DNA from: Waterburya sp.
GTDB taxonomy: Bacteria; Cyanobacteriota; Cyanobacteriia; Cyanobacteriales; Xenococcaceae
Assembly (NCBI GenBank): GCA_965217895.1
Contig: CBDCJV010000002.1
Span: 352,001-416,000, forward strand
Length of the DNA stretch: 64,000 nucleotides
Reading direction: 5' to 3'
Made by a program: the position numbers and the translations under genes. Below are positions 42,551 through 52,722 of the stretch, in pieces (positions within the stretch are counted from its first letter, which is position 1; every line of letters begins with the position of its first letter). Under the pieces are notes generated by a model. It was not told the origin of the DNA and made no database searches. It saw only the letters and a list, made by a program, of their open reading frames with translations.

Positions 42551-45397
42551 TTATAAAAACTGTTCTATAAAAGATTTGATTTGCCTTAATCTAAATCCCT
42601 TTGCTAAATCTCTCAGGGTTTGAGTAAACGGTCTAAACTGGGGGTCTAGCTCTTCGATGCGATCGATTTCTTTAAGCAGATCGTTGATTAAACCTTTTCG
42701 ACTTAGATCATGAAGCATACTAACTTCTTCAGTAGAAGGAGGAATAATTTCTCCTTCTTGAATCGCCAAGACTATATCTTCAGAGACTTTTCCTGGTTCG
42801 GCGATTGATTCTGCCTGTTCATAGATCCACTCTAGATTGAGATGCTTTTGCAACAACTGCAAGAGAACTTCTTGCTGTACTGGTTTAGGTAAAAAATCAT
42901 TAGCACCAGCATCAAGGCTTTTCTGGCGATCGCTTTCAAAAACATTAGCCGAAGAAACAATAACTACTAAATCAGTAGCTACATCAGAAGAGGTGCGTAA
43001 GCGTGCCAGCATTTCGTGTCCATCCATCACGGGCATAGTTAAATCTGTAATAATCACATCTGGCTGCCACTCTATTGCTTTGGCTATACCTTCAGAGCCA
43101 TTTTCTGCTTCCATCGTCTCAAAGCCTATTGGTTCTAGTAAGTTGACCACTACTGAAGTGTTTTCCCAGCGATCGTCTACAACTAATATTTTTCTTCTAG
43201 CACCTTTAAGCGAGACTTGCCCTTGCGCCTGAAGGCGACGCGGGCTTCCTCGCTCAAAACCAATAATTTTTCCTTGGACAGCAGCAAGACGATTTGTTTC
43301 TTGCCAACTAGCTGTTTCTTTTAATTCAATCTCAAACCAAAAAGTAGATCCTTTATTTAGCTCACTTTCTACCTGTAGTTTTCCTCCCATCATCTCGACC
43401 ATTTTCTGGCTAATGGCTAATCCCAAACCTGTGCCTTCCGATTGTTTTTTGACGCTACCTACTTGTTCAAAAGGCATAAAGATTTTATTGGCATCTTCAG
43501 GGTTCATGCCAATACCGCTATCTTCTACCGCGAAACGGATACGATGAAGTCCCCCTAAATCTCCCTGCTGATTTTCGACCATCAGCCTAACGCTACCCGT
43601 CTCGGTAAACTTGACTGCATTACTTAATAGGTTTATTAGCACTTGGCGCAATATTTTCTCGTCAGCTTCTATGCCTATGGGTAAATTAGGATCGCTTTGG
43701 TAACTAAAGTTGATTCCTTTTTGTTCAGCTTTGATCTGACAAATTTCTACCACCCCTTGCAAGAAAGAAGGAAAATGAAGCTCAACAGGATGAAGTTCCA
43801 TTTTGCGTGCTTCGATTTTGGCAAGATCTAAGATATCGTTAATTAAGGTCAGTAAATGCGTTCCACATTGATTAATAATATCTACCCCTTTTCGCTCTTT
43901 ATTTTCTAGAGAGCGAGACTGCTGAAGAATCTGAGCGTAACCTAAAATGCCGTTGAGGGGAGTTCTTAATTCATGGCTCATATTAGCTAAAAACTCGCTT
44001 TTGGCTTGGTTGGCAGAGTCAGCAACTTCCTTAGCTTCTTTTAACTCTGTCGTTCTTTCTTCCACTCGCTTTTCTAGTTCGATATTGGTTTCGGCTAAAG
44101 CATTAAAAGAAGAGCGTAGCTGATCTGCCATGCGGTTAAATGAACTACCTAAAACACTAAGTTCGTTAACTTTAATTTTTTCATCTACTTTTTGATCTAA
44201 CTTACCACTGGCGATCGCTTCGCTTGCCCTATTTAACTGTAAAATTGGTTTGGTGATCCAGCGAGAAGTATAAAAACCAGAAGCGATCGCAATTCCTAAT
44301 GCCAATAAACACAGCATAATCGTCGAGCGAGTATTAGCGTTAATCTGCGCCATAAAGTCAGATTCAGGTACCGCTATAACCACTACCCAATCCAGTCCTA
44401 GTTCATCTTGCCAAGGTGCAACTTGAACAAACTGACGCTCGCCATTTAATTCAAAATCGAGCTGTTGGGAGGTTTTAATTTGATTTAGATTGCCAAACTT
44501 TTGCTCTAGATACTGAGCAGTATTTTTAATTAGGGGATCTTCACTCTCAATCGCTTTTAAACGTTTTGGTTTACCTGCGACTATTTGAAATGGTTTTTCA
44601 TCGGCAGAATCTCCAATCAATAAACCATCTCGTTCCATAATAAAAGTCCTACCTTTAGGACTCACCTGGAGATTACGCAAAAAATCGCTAATTTGCGAAA
44701 GCTGCTGTTCGATTGCTACTACTCCCACAAGCTTTTTATTCTCATCGTAAATAGGGCGACTAGCAGCTACAGCTAAGGTATAAGGTTCTACTTCCCAGTT
44801 GTAAACGGGACTCCAAGTAGGCTTACCCTTTTTAACCGCAGCTTGATACCAACCCTCTTCCTCAAAAGGATAGCTGCCAATATCTTCTAGTACCTTAGTC
44901 CGATTTCCTTGGTCGTCTGTTTCCCAGATATATACATGATCGTTCTTATTCTTTTGCTGATTAATGACTCCAATTATGGGAGGTTTATCATCATAGTAAT
45001 AACCAGATGAAACTAAGTCTCCTGATTCAAAGCCATAAAGCACGTAACCAATATCAAATAACTGCATCTGCTTCCAAAAAAGCTGTCCTAGCTTTTGGAA
45101 ATCTTTAGCACCCAAAATTTTCATATCAATTAAATCTGATTCGATCTGCACTACTTTGGGAGGGCTAACCAAGTAGCTATCTAAGTGCTGATCGATACGA
45201 CCACTAAACTCATTACGTAATCGGTTAGCCATTTCATTCACTGCCTTTTGTCCATTACGTAAAGAAAAATATCCAGTCAATCCCACCGCCATAAATATCT
45301 GCAATACAAAAGGAATAATCAAAACGCTGCGTAATTTGACCTTTCTTCTTACAGCTAGGCTTTCTTCAGATTGGATATTTTGTAGTTTAGAAGTCAT
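42551..45397 (-). CDS. Membrane dCache-HAMP hybrid histidine kinase
   Basis: TM, Cache ([22 protein letters not shown]), [24 protein letters not shown]. Confidence 0.92.
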   Translation of the reverse strand: MTSKLQNIQSEESLAVRRKVKLRSVLIIPFVLQIFMAVGLTGYFSLRNGQKAVNEMANRLRNEFSGRIDQHLDSYLVSPPKVVQIESDLIDMKILGAKDFQKLGQLFWKQMQLFDIGYVLYGFESGDLVSSGYYYDDKPPIIGVINQQKNKNDHVYIWETDDQGNRTKVLEDIGSYPFEEEGWYQAAVKKGKPTWSPVYNWEVEPYTLAVAASRPIYDENKKLVGVVAIEQQLSQISDFLRNLQVSPKGRTFIMERDGLLIGDSADEKPFQIVAGKPKRLKAIESEDPLIKNTAQYLEQKFGNLNQIKTSQQLDFELNGERQFVQVAPWQDELGLDWVVVIAVPESDFMAQINANTRSTIMLCLLALGIAIASGFYTSRWITKPILQLNRASEAIASGKLDQKVDEKIKVNELSVLGSSFNRMADQLRSSFNALAETNIELEKRVEERTTELKEAKEVADSANQAKSEFLANMSHELRTPLNGILGYAQILQQSRSLENKERKGVDIINQCGTHLLTLINDILDLAKIEARKMELHPVELHFPSFLQGVVEICQIKAEQKGINFSYQSDPNLPIGIEADEKILRQVLINLLSNAVKFTETGSVRLMVENQQGDLGGLHRIRFAVEDSGIGMNPEDANKIFMPFEQVGSVKKQSEGTGLGLAISQKMVEMMGGKLQVESELNKGSTFWFEIELKETASWQETNRLAAVQGKIIGFERGSPRRLQAQGQVSLKGARRKILVVDDRWENTSVVVNLLEPIGFETMEAENGSEGIAKAIEWQPDVIITDLTMPVMDGHEMLARLRTSSDVATDLVVIVSSANVFESDRQKSLDAGANDFLPKPVQQEVLLQLLQKHLNLEWIYEQAESIAEPGKVSEDIVLAIQEGEIIPPSTEEVSMLHDLSRKGLINDLLKEIDRIEELDPQFRPFTQTLRDLAKGFRLRQIKSFIEQFL
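43208..43255. repeat. 48-bp palindromic dispersed repeat, in frame in the kinase
   Basis: AGCGAG..CTCGCT arms around CCCTTGCGCCTGAAGGCGACGCGGG; second copy at 54079. Confidence 0.75.
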
Positions 45398-45544
45398 TAA
45401 TATTAGGTCAATAAAATTTCATATATTCACTTGTCAATATGATGCCCAAATCAAACTAAAAAACTCACAAAGAAAGAGCCTATGTAGATTGGCTCAATAG
45501 AAATACTAAAAATATTAGGTTGAGGAGTCCTTCATCCTTATCCC

Positions 45545-46168
45545 TTATCCCTCATCCCTTATTTGATTCTTACTTCTTTTCTGTAGTTTGGGCAACCAAA
45601 GCAGAATTACGACTATAGAATTAAAGGTAAATAAATATACTGGCTGTGCTGCCAACTCAACAGACCATTGTGTTAAAGCTAAAATATTAAATGTTCCCGC
45701 AGTCCAAAACATCATCCAAGAAAATAGATCTTCTGAATCTGGCTCTAAATAAGACTTTTTAATTGTGGGTAATGCCCCAAGAGAATCGATCGCAATACTA
45801 ATAGTAATAGCAATTAAAGGAGAGTCGTATATTTGCCAGAGAACAATACTAATTAATGCACCCAAGAGGCAGGTTCGATCGAATGTATTCCAACCACCTT
45901 CACCATACTTAAGGGATAGAACTGCAATAGTTATTTGACAAACTGCATAGGCACTCAAAAGCCACATAGTTTCTCTCGCACCAGCGTCATAGTTGCTGAT
46001 CGCCAGAACTATGCCTAATGATGCCCAGATTGACCAGCTTGCACGATTAGGACTGGTTTTCCCGTGAAAAATAGTAATTATGTAAGGAATAAACCCCAAT
46101 AAAGAGAATATGCCCGCACATAATCCCGCAATATTTCTTAAGTCAGACATAATAAACTCCATTAGCAA
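45545..46168 (-). CDS. About 7-TM membrane protein, PQ-loop/SWEET-like repeat
   Basis: Two similar halves: FIPYIITIFHGKTSPNRASW and ALPTIKKSYLEPDSEDLFSW; start may be ATG 46150. Confidence 0.6.
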   Translation of the reverse strand: MLMEFIMSDLRNIAGLCAGIFSLLGFIPYIITIFHGKTSPNRASWSIWASLGIVLAISNYDAGARETMWLLSAYAVCQITIAVLSLKYGEGGWNTFDRTCLLGALISIVLWQIYDSPLIAITISIAIDSLGALPTIKKSYLEPDSEDLFSWMMFWTAGTFNILALTQWSVELAAQPVYLFTFNSIVVILLWLPKLQKRSKNQIRDEG

Positions 46169-46185
46169 CTTTTAAAAATAAGCAA

Positions 46186-46211
46186 TGCTTGGTAATTAAA
46201 GCTACCAAGCA
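46186..46211 (-). terminator. Hairpin between the desaturase and membrane-protein genes
   Basis: TGCTTGGTA-N8-TACCAAGCA. Confidence 0.5.
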
Positions 46212-46246
46212 AATTTAAAAAATATATTTATATTTAGTTAATAGCC

Positions 46247-47287
46247 CTAGTAAAGGGTGATAAAAGAAACATCAACTGCACCGTAGAATTGCTCATAATT
46301 GCGATCGCCCATTTCACCAGAGGCATCACCTTGACCTGTAGCCAATCGAGCTAAACGATGGCGGTGATAGCTAGTTAGCTGTTGAGACAAAGACATATAG
46401 TTGACGGTTTGATTTTGAGCTAGTTCTCGATCTAGTTCGGCGATACTATGCCAGGGACACTTCATTACTGCATGATGGGCATTGTGATAGCCAAAATTCA
46501 AGGTAAGTAAATTGAGCCAAGGATAGCGACGGGATACTAAGTTTGAATAAGTGTGCAGTTGTTCATGATCGCGATCGCGCTTGGGTAGCTTTGTCCCCGC
46601 GGGGAAAGCTTCATAAGTATGCTGAAAAGCATCTAAGAAGCGCAATACTGTAATCATTCCCAGATAAGAGAGAAAATATAACAGTAGTGCCTTAACAGAG
46701 AAAATTCCTAATAAAATAAAAGCAGTTAATCTAATCGCAAAAATAAAGCTAATACGTTTGACCTGTTCGGGTTTGCGCCAATCTTTGATAATTCTTTGCC
46801 AGCGCGCCCAAAAAGCAACTACGGGAAAATAACACCACTCCAAGATAAAGATGACTTGGCGAATTAAAGGTGGTAATTTTTGTATGGCATCAGCAATATC
46901 AAAACTAAATACATCAACTCTATCGACGTGATGAGCTATATGTTGGAGGGTTAAAGCCTGTAAACCATAGTAACAGCCTCCATTCATCCAAACCATTAGC
47001 TGACCAAAGATAACGTTGCGATGACGAGCTTTAAAAATCGTACCGTGCATAAATTCATGAGCGAGGTACGCTGAATAAATTAGACTGTGGGTAAGAAACA
47101 CTACGCCCAAAATATTCAGCCAACCGTTAGCCACCATGAGTAGAGCTATCCCACCTATATATCCCAACAAGCTATAGGCAATGGCAACTTCATTCCAAAA
47201 CGCCTTTTGCTTGCTTACGTAGGAGCGATAATTAAAAGAGACAGGAGTAGCAATAGTCATGGTGAAATTATCCTTAGTTGCAATCAA
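46247..47287 (-). CDS. Membrane fatty-acid desaturase-family diiron enzyme
   Basis: His boxes HEFMH, HIAHH, HNAHH; likely start ATG 47260 (AAGGA RBS). Confidence 0.9.
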   Translation of the reverse strand: MIATKDNFTMTIATPVSFNYRSYVSKQKAFWNEVAIAYSLLGYIGGIALLMVANGWLNILGVVFLTHSLIYSAYLAHEFMHGTIFKARHRNVIFGQLMVWMNGGCYYGLQALTLQHIAHHVDRVDVFSFDIADAIQKLPPLIRQVIFILEWCYFPVVAFWARWQRIIKDWRKPEQVKRISFIFAIRLTAFILLGIFSVKALLLYFLSYLGMITVLRFLDAFQHTYEAFPAGTKLPKRDRDHEQLHTYSNLVSRRYPWLNLLTLNFGYHNAHHAVMKCPWHSIAELDRELAQNQTVNYMSLSQQLTSYHRHRLARLATGQGDASGEMGDRNYEQFYGAVDVSFITLY

Positions 47288-47303
47288 TAAAATGTGCCAA
47301 ATC

Positions 47304-48239
47304 TCAGTAAGATAAGCTGTTGATCGTGTTGTTTACACTTTTTGCTTTAGCCTCTAAAGACTCAGGCATAGTTTGAGATATGGCTTTTTCTTGAGCCAGT
47401 TCTAAACACTCAAGACGAATTTCTCTAAATAGACGTTGCTGTAATTCTACAAAAGAGCGGAATCCTTCTTCTGCCCAAACTTTCATCTGTTTTTCCGAAG
47501 CCGAACCATATCTTACCGCCATGTTCAAGGCATTCAAGGCAAATTCGCTATGCTCTACTTCAACTCCAGTACCATTATGCTTACTGTGAATTAAAATCCA
47601 AGACCAAGGTAGATAACGATGATCGTTAATTAATACAGGTTTTGCTTCCTGTCTAAGGTAGCGGTCGAAACCAATCCCTTCATTTTCGTAACGCACTACC
47701 ATGTCCAGTAAAGCATATTCGCGATCGCCCAATACTTCTGAAGCTACGTGAAATCCCATCGCTCTAACTAGAGAAGCCTCATCATCTATTTTTCCTTCAT
47801 AGGTTGAGATGACATCACGAATAACTTCTTGCAACCAACTAGGAATTTGAGCGAACTGATTACGTTCTTGAGGATCTAACTCAGCATAATCACCTACGGT
47901 TTTGACAGCAAACTGCGCCAAGGCTCGATGCACTGGTGTATTGTTTGCTCCCTCATCGGCTGCTGCGGACATTACTTGAGCCGCAATATCCATGCCTCGA
48001 TCTGCTTCTTCTTTGACTATTAGTTCAGGATTATTAAAAGTATATCTAGATAGACCGATAGTACTAGCTAATCTAGCAATCATCGCCGAGGCATAACCAT
48101 TAAAATGGCTGTATCTCTGGAAAAAAAGATAAAGAGCAACAGGATCTTTTACAACTAAACGCAGAGTAGAGGTAATAGTACCTTCAATTTGCTCAAAATC
48201 AAATAGATCGTGAAAAAAATCTTCAGAAAAAGTAGCCAT
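47304..48239 (-). CDS. Putative heme-oxygenase-like diiron oxidase (HDO superfamily)
   Basis: Helical protein with ligand pattern DEG..(x)..H, ASE and H...EVEH, as in CADD/UndA-type proteins; motif inference only. Confidence 0.6.
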   Translation of the reverse strand: MATFSEDFFHDLFDFEQIEGTITSTLRLVVKDPVALYLFFQRYSHFNGYASAMIARLASTIGLSRYTFNNPELIVKEEADRGMDIAAQVMSAAADEGANNTPVHRALAQFAVKTVGDYAELDPQERNQFAQIPSWLQEVIRDVISTYEGKIDDEASLVRAMGFHVASEVLGDREYALLDMVVRYENEGIGFDRYLRQEAKPVLINDHRYLPWSWILIHSKHNGTGVEVEHSEFALNALNMAVRYGSASEKQMKVWAEEGFRSFVELQQRLFREIRLECLELAQEKAISQTMPESLEAKAKSVNNTINSLSY

Positions 48240-48606
48240 CTTCTATATATATTTATTTATGTTATTGGTAATATGAGAGTTGTTTTTTTTCTTCTCTATG
48301 GCGATTGTCTACGCTTGGGAATAAAAAAACTGTGATCTCAATAGAGAAAAACTGATTTTAAGATCATTGACAAAGACTAGAAAATTAGATAAGAAATGAT
48401 GATTACACTAAGAATAAATGTTTTTACTGAGCAACAGAAATAGTTTTTTAAACTTAAGATAAATTATCAAGCAATAAATATATTATTTTTAATAAACAAA
48501 ACAACTGGTGCGATCGCAATCACAAAATAGAATTAATTTAGCTATCAAACTGTCAGGCGTTTGATTTAATTAGCTTATTAATCCTCTAGAAGTAACGCTC
48601 GAGAAT

Positions 48607-49179
48607 TTAAACAAAAAAGCTGTCTTGCATCATTGCCTGCTTGAGCAATTTTTGATATTTTGCTCCACTAATTACCTGAGAGCCAAAACGCTCTAAATGA
48701 GGATTTTGCATTTGAGCATCAAAGACAATATATTTTCGCTGACGCAGATGCTCGACTAGTTTAACCATTGCCACTTTTGAACCTTCGCTAAGGCGATAAA
48801 ACATCGATTCACCGATAAATGCTCCTTTGATCGCAATACCTAATATTCCTCCTGCAAGGCGATCTCCCTGCCAAGTTTCAAAACTATGCGCCCAGCCTGC
48901 CTGATGTAAAGCAAGGTAAATTTGGATTAAATCTTCAGAAATCCAGGTTGTGTCGCGATCGGCACAGCCTTCGCAAACTGATTTAAAATCGCGATTGATG
49001 GCTACGGAAAACCGTTCTTGGTTCAATACCCGTTGTAAAGATTTAGGGTAACGAAAGCGATCGTCTAAAGGTATTAAGGTACGCTGGCGACTAGAATACC
49101 AGTCCAATCCATCATCATCAGACATTAAAAAGTAACCCTGACTATACCCTTCAACAATTGAAGAAACATCAATTTTCAT
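48607..49179 (-). CDS. aat: Leucyl/phenylalanyl-tRNA-protein transferase
   Basis: TWIS..Y..LH..GWAHSFETW, FIGESMF, SKVAM, NPHLERFG. Confidence 0.93.
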   Translation of the reverse strand: MKIDVSSIVEGYSQGYFLMSDDDGLDWYSSRQRTLIPLDDRFRYPKSLQRVLNQERFSVAINRDFKSVCEGCADRDTTWISEDLIQIYLALHQAGWAHSFETWQGDRLAGGILGIAIKGAFIGESMFYRLSEGSKVAMVKLVEHLRQRKYIVFDAQMQNPHLERFGSQVISGAKYQKLLKQAMMQDSFFV

Positions 49180-49309
49180 CTTTACTATTATTATCTATTT
49201 CCTAATGGAGATGTTTCAATTTAAAAATAACTGTATTAAATTATTAGTTACTCATAATATTAAGTAATTAATAACTTCTATAAATTCAACATAACAGAAC
49301 AAATTAACC

Positions 49310-49648
49310 ATGAAAGACTCTACTCAACCAATTGCTCCCATCACTTTGCCAGATGTAAAGCATCCAGAAAAAGAAGAAGAATGGCTCAAAAACTCTTTAC
49401 ACAAGTGGCTAGATGAGGAATTTTTACCCGAAACGGTTAATGGCAAAATAGCTCAAAGGGCATCAAAGATCTTTGTACGTCAGCGTATGGAGGGAGAAAA
49501 CGACTTGGGTTCATTAGTGATTGCTATCATTGCTGAAATGCGAGCGTTTGATTTTAGTCGCAGTTTTTATAGCGAATTTGCCGTCGCTAATGCCGTAAGT
49601 GATTTAATTTTAGCTAGTCTAGGTATAGATCGCTGTTGTGGTGGATAA
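49310..49648 (+). CDS. Hypothetical protein
   Basis: WLDEEFLPE..RQRMEGENDLG; clean ATG ORF. Confidence 0.75.
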   Translation: MKDSTQPIAPITLPDVKHPEKEEEWLKNSLHKWLDEEFLPETVNGKIAQRASKIFVRQRMEGENDLGSLVIAIIAEMRAFDFSRSFYSEFAVANAVSDLILASLGIDRCCGG

Positions 49649-49667
49649 CTTCAATAATCATTGAGCA

Positions 49668-50930
49668 ATGAGCAAATTTAACTGGACAAATGATTGGAAA
49701 AATCGGGCATCAAAAAATATAGATGATGCTACGCGACATTTAAAAAATTTACTTCCTATTGATCGCGTTGCGGAGAAAGCAATGGATTGGTTTAGCGTTA
49801 GTGATGAAAAAGTAGCAGAAATTCTAACAACCGTTAGAGCCAAACTGCCTACAACAGAAGCATTGTTGATTGGTAAACCTCAAGCTGGTAAAAGCTCAAT
49901 TGTTCGTGGGTTGACGGGAGTATCAGCAGATATTGTCGGGCAAGGATTTCGCCCCCATACTCAAAATACACAAAGGTATGCTTATCCTTCAGAAGATCTA
50001 CCTTTGCTTATCTTTACAGACACTGTGGGATTAGGAGATATCGATCAAAATACCCAAACTATTATTGAAGAACTAGAACAAGAATTAAAACAGGAAAGCC
50101 AGTGTGCCAGAATTCTAATTCTGACGGTTAAAGTGAGTGACTTTGCGATCGATACTCTGCGACAGGTAGCCGAAGAGTTACGCCAAAATTATCCGACTAT
50201 TCCTTGTTTGCTAGTAGTTACTTGTCTGCATGAGGTTTATCCTAGCGATGTGGGAGATCATCCAGAATATCCCCCAGATTATGAAGCTGTTAATCGCGCT
50301 TTTGGGGCAATTAAAAAAGACTTGGGGCAGCTTTGCGATCGCGCTATTTTAATTGACTTCACTTTAGAAGAAGACGAATACAATCCAACTTTCTACGGTT
50401 TAGAAGCGTTAACAGATGCTTTGGCTGAATTACTTCCTGAGGCAGAATCACGAACAATCTATCAGCTACTAGATAATAACGCTGGAGATGAACTAGGCAA
50501 TCTTTATCGAGATACTGCCCGACGTTATTTGGTAGCCTTTTCTACTATTGCTGCAACCTTGGCTGCTGTTCCTCTACCTTTTGCCACCATGCCTGTTTTA
50601 ACTGCATTACAAATATCTTTAGTAGGACTACTAGGCAAACTGTACGGACAGACTCTATCTCCTTCTCAAGCTGGAGGAATTGCTAGTGCGATCGCTGGTG
50701 GCTTTTTTGCCCAGGCTATAGGCAGAGAACTAATTAAATTCATTCCTGGTTTTGGTAGCGTCATCGCCGCATCATGGGCAGCAGCCTACACTTGGTCTTT
50801 AGGAGAGGGTGCTTGTGTATATTTTGGAGATTTGATGGGAGGTAAAAAACCAGACCCTAAAAAAATTCAGTCAGTCATGAAAGAATCTTTTGCCGATGCC
50901 AAAAAGCGATTCAAAAACGTTCAAAAGTAG
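49668..50930 (+). CDS. GTPase with YcjF/DUF697-like C-terminus
   Basis: GKPQAGKSS, DTVG; C-terminal AAVPLPF..KFIPGFG. Confidence 0.85.
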   Translation: MSKFNWTNDWKNRASKNIDDATRHLKNLLPIDRVAEKAMDWFSVSDEKVAEILTTVRAKLPTTEALLIGKPQAGKSSIVRGLTGVSADIVGQGFRPHTQNTQRYAYPSEDLPLLIFTDTVGLGDIDQNTQTIIEELEQELKQESQCARILILTVKVSDFAIDTLRQVAEELRQNYPTIPCLLVVTCLHEVYPSDVGDHPEYPPDYEAVNRAFGAIKKDLGQLCDRAILIDFTLEEDEYNPTFYGLEALTDALAELLPEAESRTIYQLLDNNAGDELGNLYRDTARRYLVAFSTIAATLAAVPLPFATMPVLTALQISLVGLLGKLYGQTLSPSQAGGIASAIAGGFFAQAIGRELIKFIPGFGSVIAASWAAAYTWSLGEGACVYFGDLMGGKKPDPKKIQSVMKESFADAKKRFKNVQK

Positions 50931-51081
50931 CAAATATTTTTTAGAGAAATAACAAAAGTTTTGAAACCCTGAAATATTAGTTATAAAAGGCTTTGAGAAA
51001 AATAGCTCGAGAAATATAAACAAAACATTAAATACTATCCTGAAAATTGGCTAATTATATTTATCTGGTCAATAAATTAAG

Positions 51082-51101
51082 AATAAGTAAAAATAAGTAA
51101 A
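51082..51101. promoter_or_regulatory. HLR1-like (RpaB-type) direct repeat
   Basis: AATAAGTAAA x2; the minus strand reads TTTACTTA-TT-TTTACTTA, one mismatch per half from KTTACAWW. Confidence 0.35.
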
Positions 51102-51308
51102 GAAGTAGAGGTGAGATTTTGTCATATATGAGTCATCAACATAACCCAACCAATAAAAATAGACATAACCGCAAAAGTGGTCTATGTTGTTGGCATTATT
51201 TAGTTATGCGTTGATAATTGTCTAAAAGACAGATATCAAGAATATAAGCTTTGTTTTCTCTTTTGAAGCCTATAAGAGATTTTTATCCTTAATTTACTTA
51301 TTAAAATT

Positions 51309-52022
51309 ATGCATTCTGCTTCTGCTAAAATTTTAGTCGTAGATGACGACCCTGCAATTCGTAATCTAATATATCGCTTTCTTAGTCAAAAAAACTATTT
51401 GCTTGAGTCGGCTGAAGATGGGCAAACTGCGTTAAAAGTTTTTGAACAGTTTAATCCAGATTTAGTAATACTTGATGTTAATCTTCCAGACGCATTAGGG
51501 TACAACCTATGTGAGGAAATGCAGCGTCATACTGACGTGTTTATCTTGATGCTCACCAGCCGTGCTGATGCTGCTGACAAAAAAGAAGGATTTTTGAAGG
51601 GTGCTGATGATTATCTTACTAAGCCTTTTGATCTTCAGGAATTAGAGTATCGAGTAAAAGCTATTTTAAAAAGACAAAGAACAGTTACAACCTCGGAAAA
51701 GCAACCATTAGTATTTAGTAATATGGTTATAGATCCAGTTCGCCGAGAAGTAAAAATAAACGATAAGTTAATTTTACTTACAGCTTTAGAATTTGACTTA
51801 CTCCATTTTCTCGCTACTCGACCTGGACGAGTCTGGCGCAGAGATGAGCTGATTCAAAATATTTGGGATTATGATTATGTTGGCGATCAAAGAGTTGTAG
51901 ATGTTCACATAGGTCAAATTCGTAAGAAAATTGAGGTAGATGCTGCTGAACCTTCTTTTATTCAAACTGTACGTGGTGTTGGCTATAAATTTGAGGTAGA
52001 TGCAACTCCAAGTATCGTTTAA
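51309..52022 (+). CDS. Orphan OmpR-family response regulator (SrrA-like, tentative)
   Basis: KILVVDDDPAIRNL, ILDVNLPD, QRVVDVHIGQIRKK. Confidence 0.9.
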   Translation: MHSASAKILVVDDDPAIRNLIYRFLSQKNYLLESAEDGQTALKVFEQFNPDLVILDVNLPDALGYNLCEEMQRHTDVFILMLTSRADAADKKEGFLKGADDYLTKPFDLQELEYRVKAILKRQRTVTTSEKQPLVFSNMVIDPVRREVKINDKLILLTALEFDLLHFLATRPGRVWRRDELIQNIWDYDYVGDQRVVDVHIGQIRKKIEVDAAEPSFIQTVRGVGYKFEVDATPSIV

Positions 52023-52078
52023 GGGCGTTGCAGAAATTATAGTTATTTCAATTAATTTTCCAGTATTTAACTGCTGAA

Positions 52079-52120
52079 AGGTCAGAGGTCAGAGGTCAGA
52101 GGTCAGAGGTCAGAGGTTAG
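52079..52120. repeat. Heptamer tandem repeat (STRR type) AGGTCAG x5 plus AGGTTAG
   Basis: Read directly; lies between convergent genes. Confidence 0.92.
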
Positions 52121-52187
52121 GGCTTTCATCAAAGTCATCTTGTCTAATACGTTTTCTATTTGAAATGACTATAGGTGTTTAAAATCT

Positions 52188-52706
52188 TTAGCTAAAAGTA
52201 TCAGTAATTGCTTTTTTGATTGCTTGTTGTTGCTCATTGTCATAACCCCAGCGTTGTAAAAAGTCCTGATAACCTCCCTGTCCAGCTTCAATTGTCATCT
52301 GTAACTTTTGCAATTCCTTTTCGATGGACTCTGATTTAAGAAGTTGAATTAACTTGCAGGTACGCTCTTGAACTTTTTGCGAACCTTTGGCGTTTTCTAA
52401 ATCATGCTGACGCTCATGAGCAACAACCATCGCTAAAGACATAGCTAGATTTTTAACTAATAGTTCGTTTGCTGTTTCTGGAGAAGATTTTAAAGCATTG
52501 ATAACTCCTGGAGAAGGATTATCTGCTAGATTAAGCTCACTGGTTAAGTAAGCCACAAAAAATCCCCTTCCTCCGTTTTTAGTCTCGATAATAGATGTTA
52601 CTTCTTGTTCAATTTCAGCTTCATTTAATTGAGAAGCATTCATGTTATTCATAAGGGCTTGAGTGGTAGCGATCGCTTGAGGAAATGATAATGTTTGATT
52701 TGTCAT
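52188..52706 (-). CDS. Hypothetical protein
   Basis: GGRGFFVAYLT, LLVKNLAMS, FLQRWGYD; clean ATG ORF. Confidence 0.75.
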   Translation of the reverse strand: MTNQTLSFPQAIATTQALMNNMNASQLNEAEIEQEVTSIIETKNGGRGFFVAYLTSELNLADNPSPGVINALKSSPETANELLVKNLAMSLAMVVAHERQHDLENAKGSQKVQERTCKLIQLLKSESIEKELQKLQMTIEAGQGGYQDFLQRWGYDNEQQQAIKKAITDTFS

Positions 52707-52722
52707 ATACTTTAGATGGAAA

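Noticed and set aside
48607..49179. aat as part of the signalling locus
   Set aside because: Housekeeping gene separated by 367 bp of AT-rich DNA that probably holds the locus promoter
52079..52120. Tandem repeats here and at 23188, 12345, 45531 and 62875 as possible CRISPR arrays
   Set aside because: 7-9 bp units without spacers and no cas genes; ordinary STRR-type repeats
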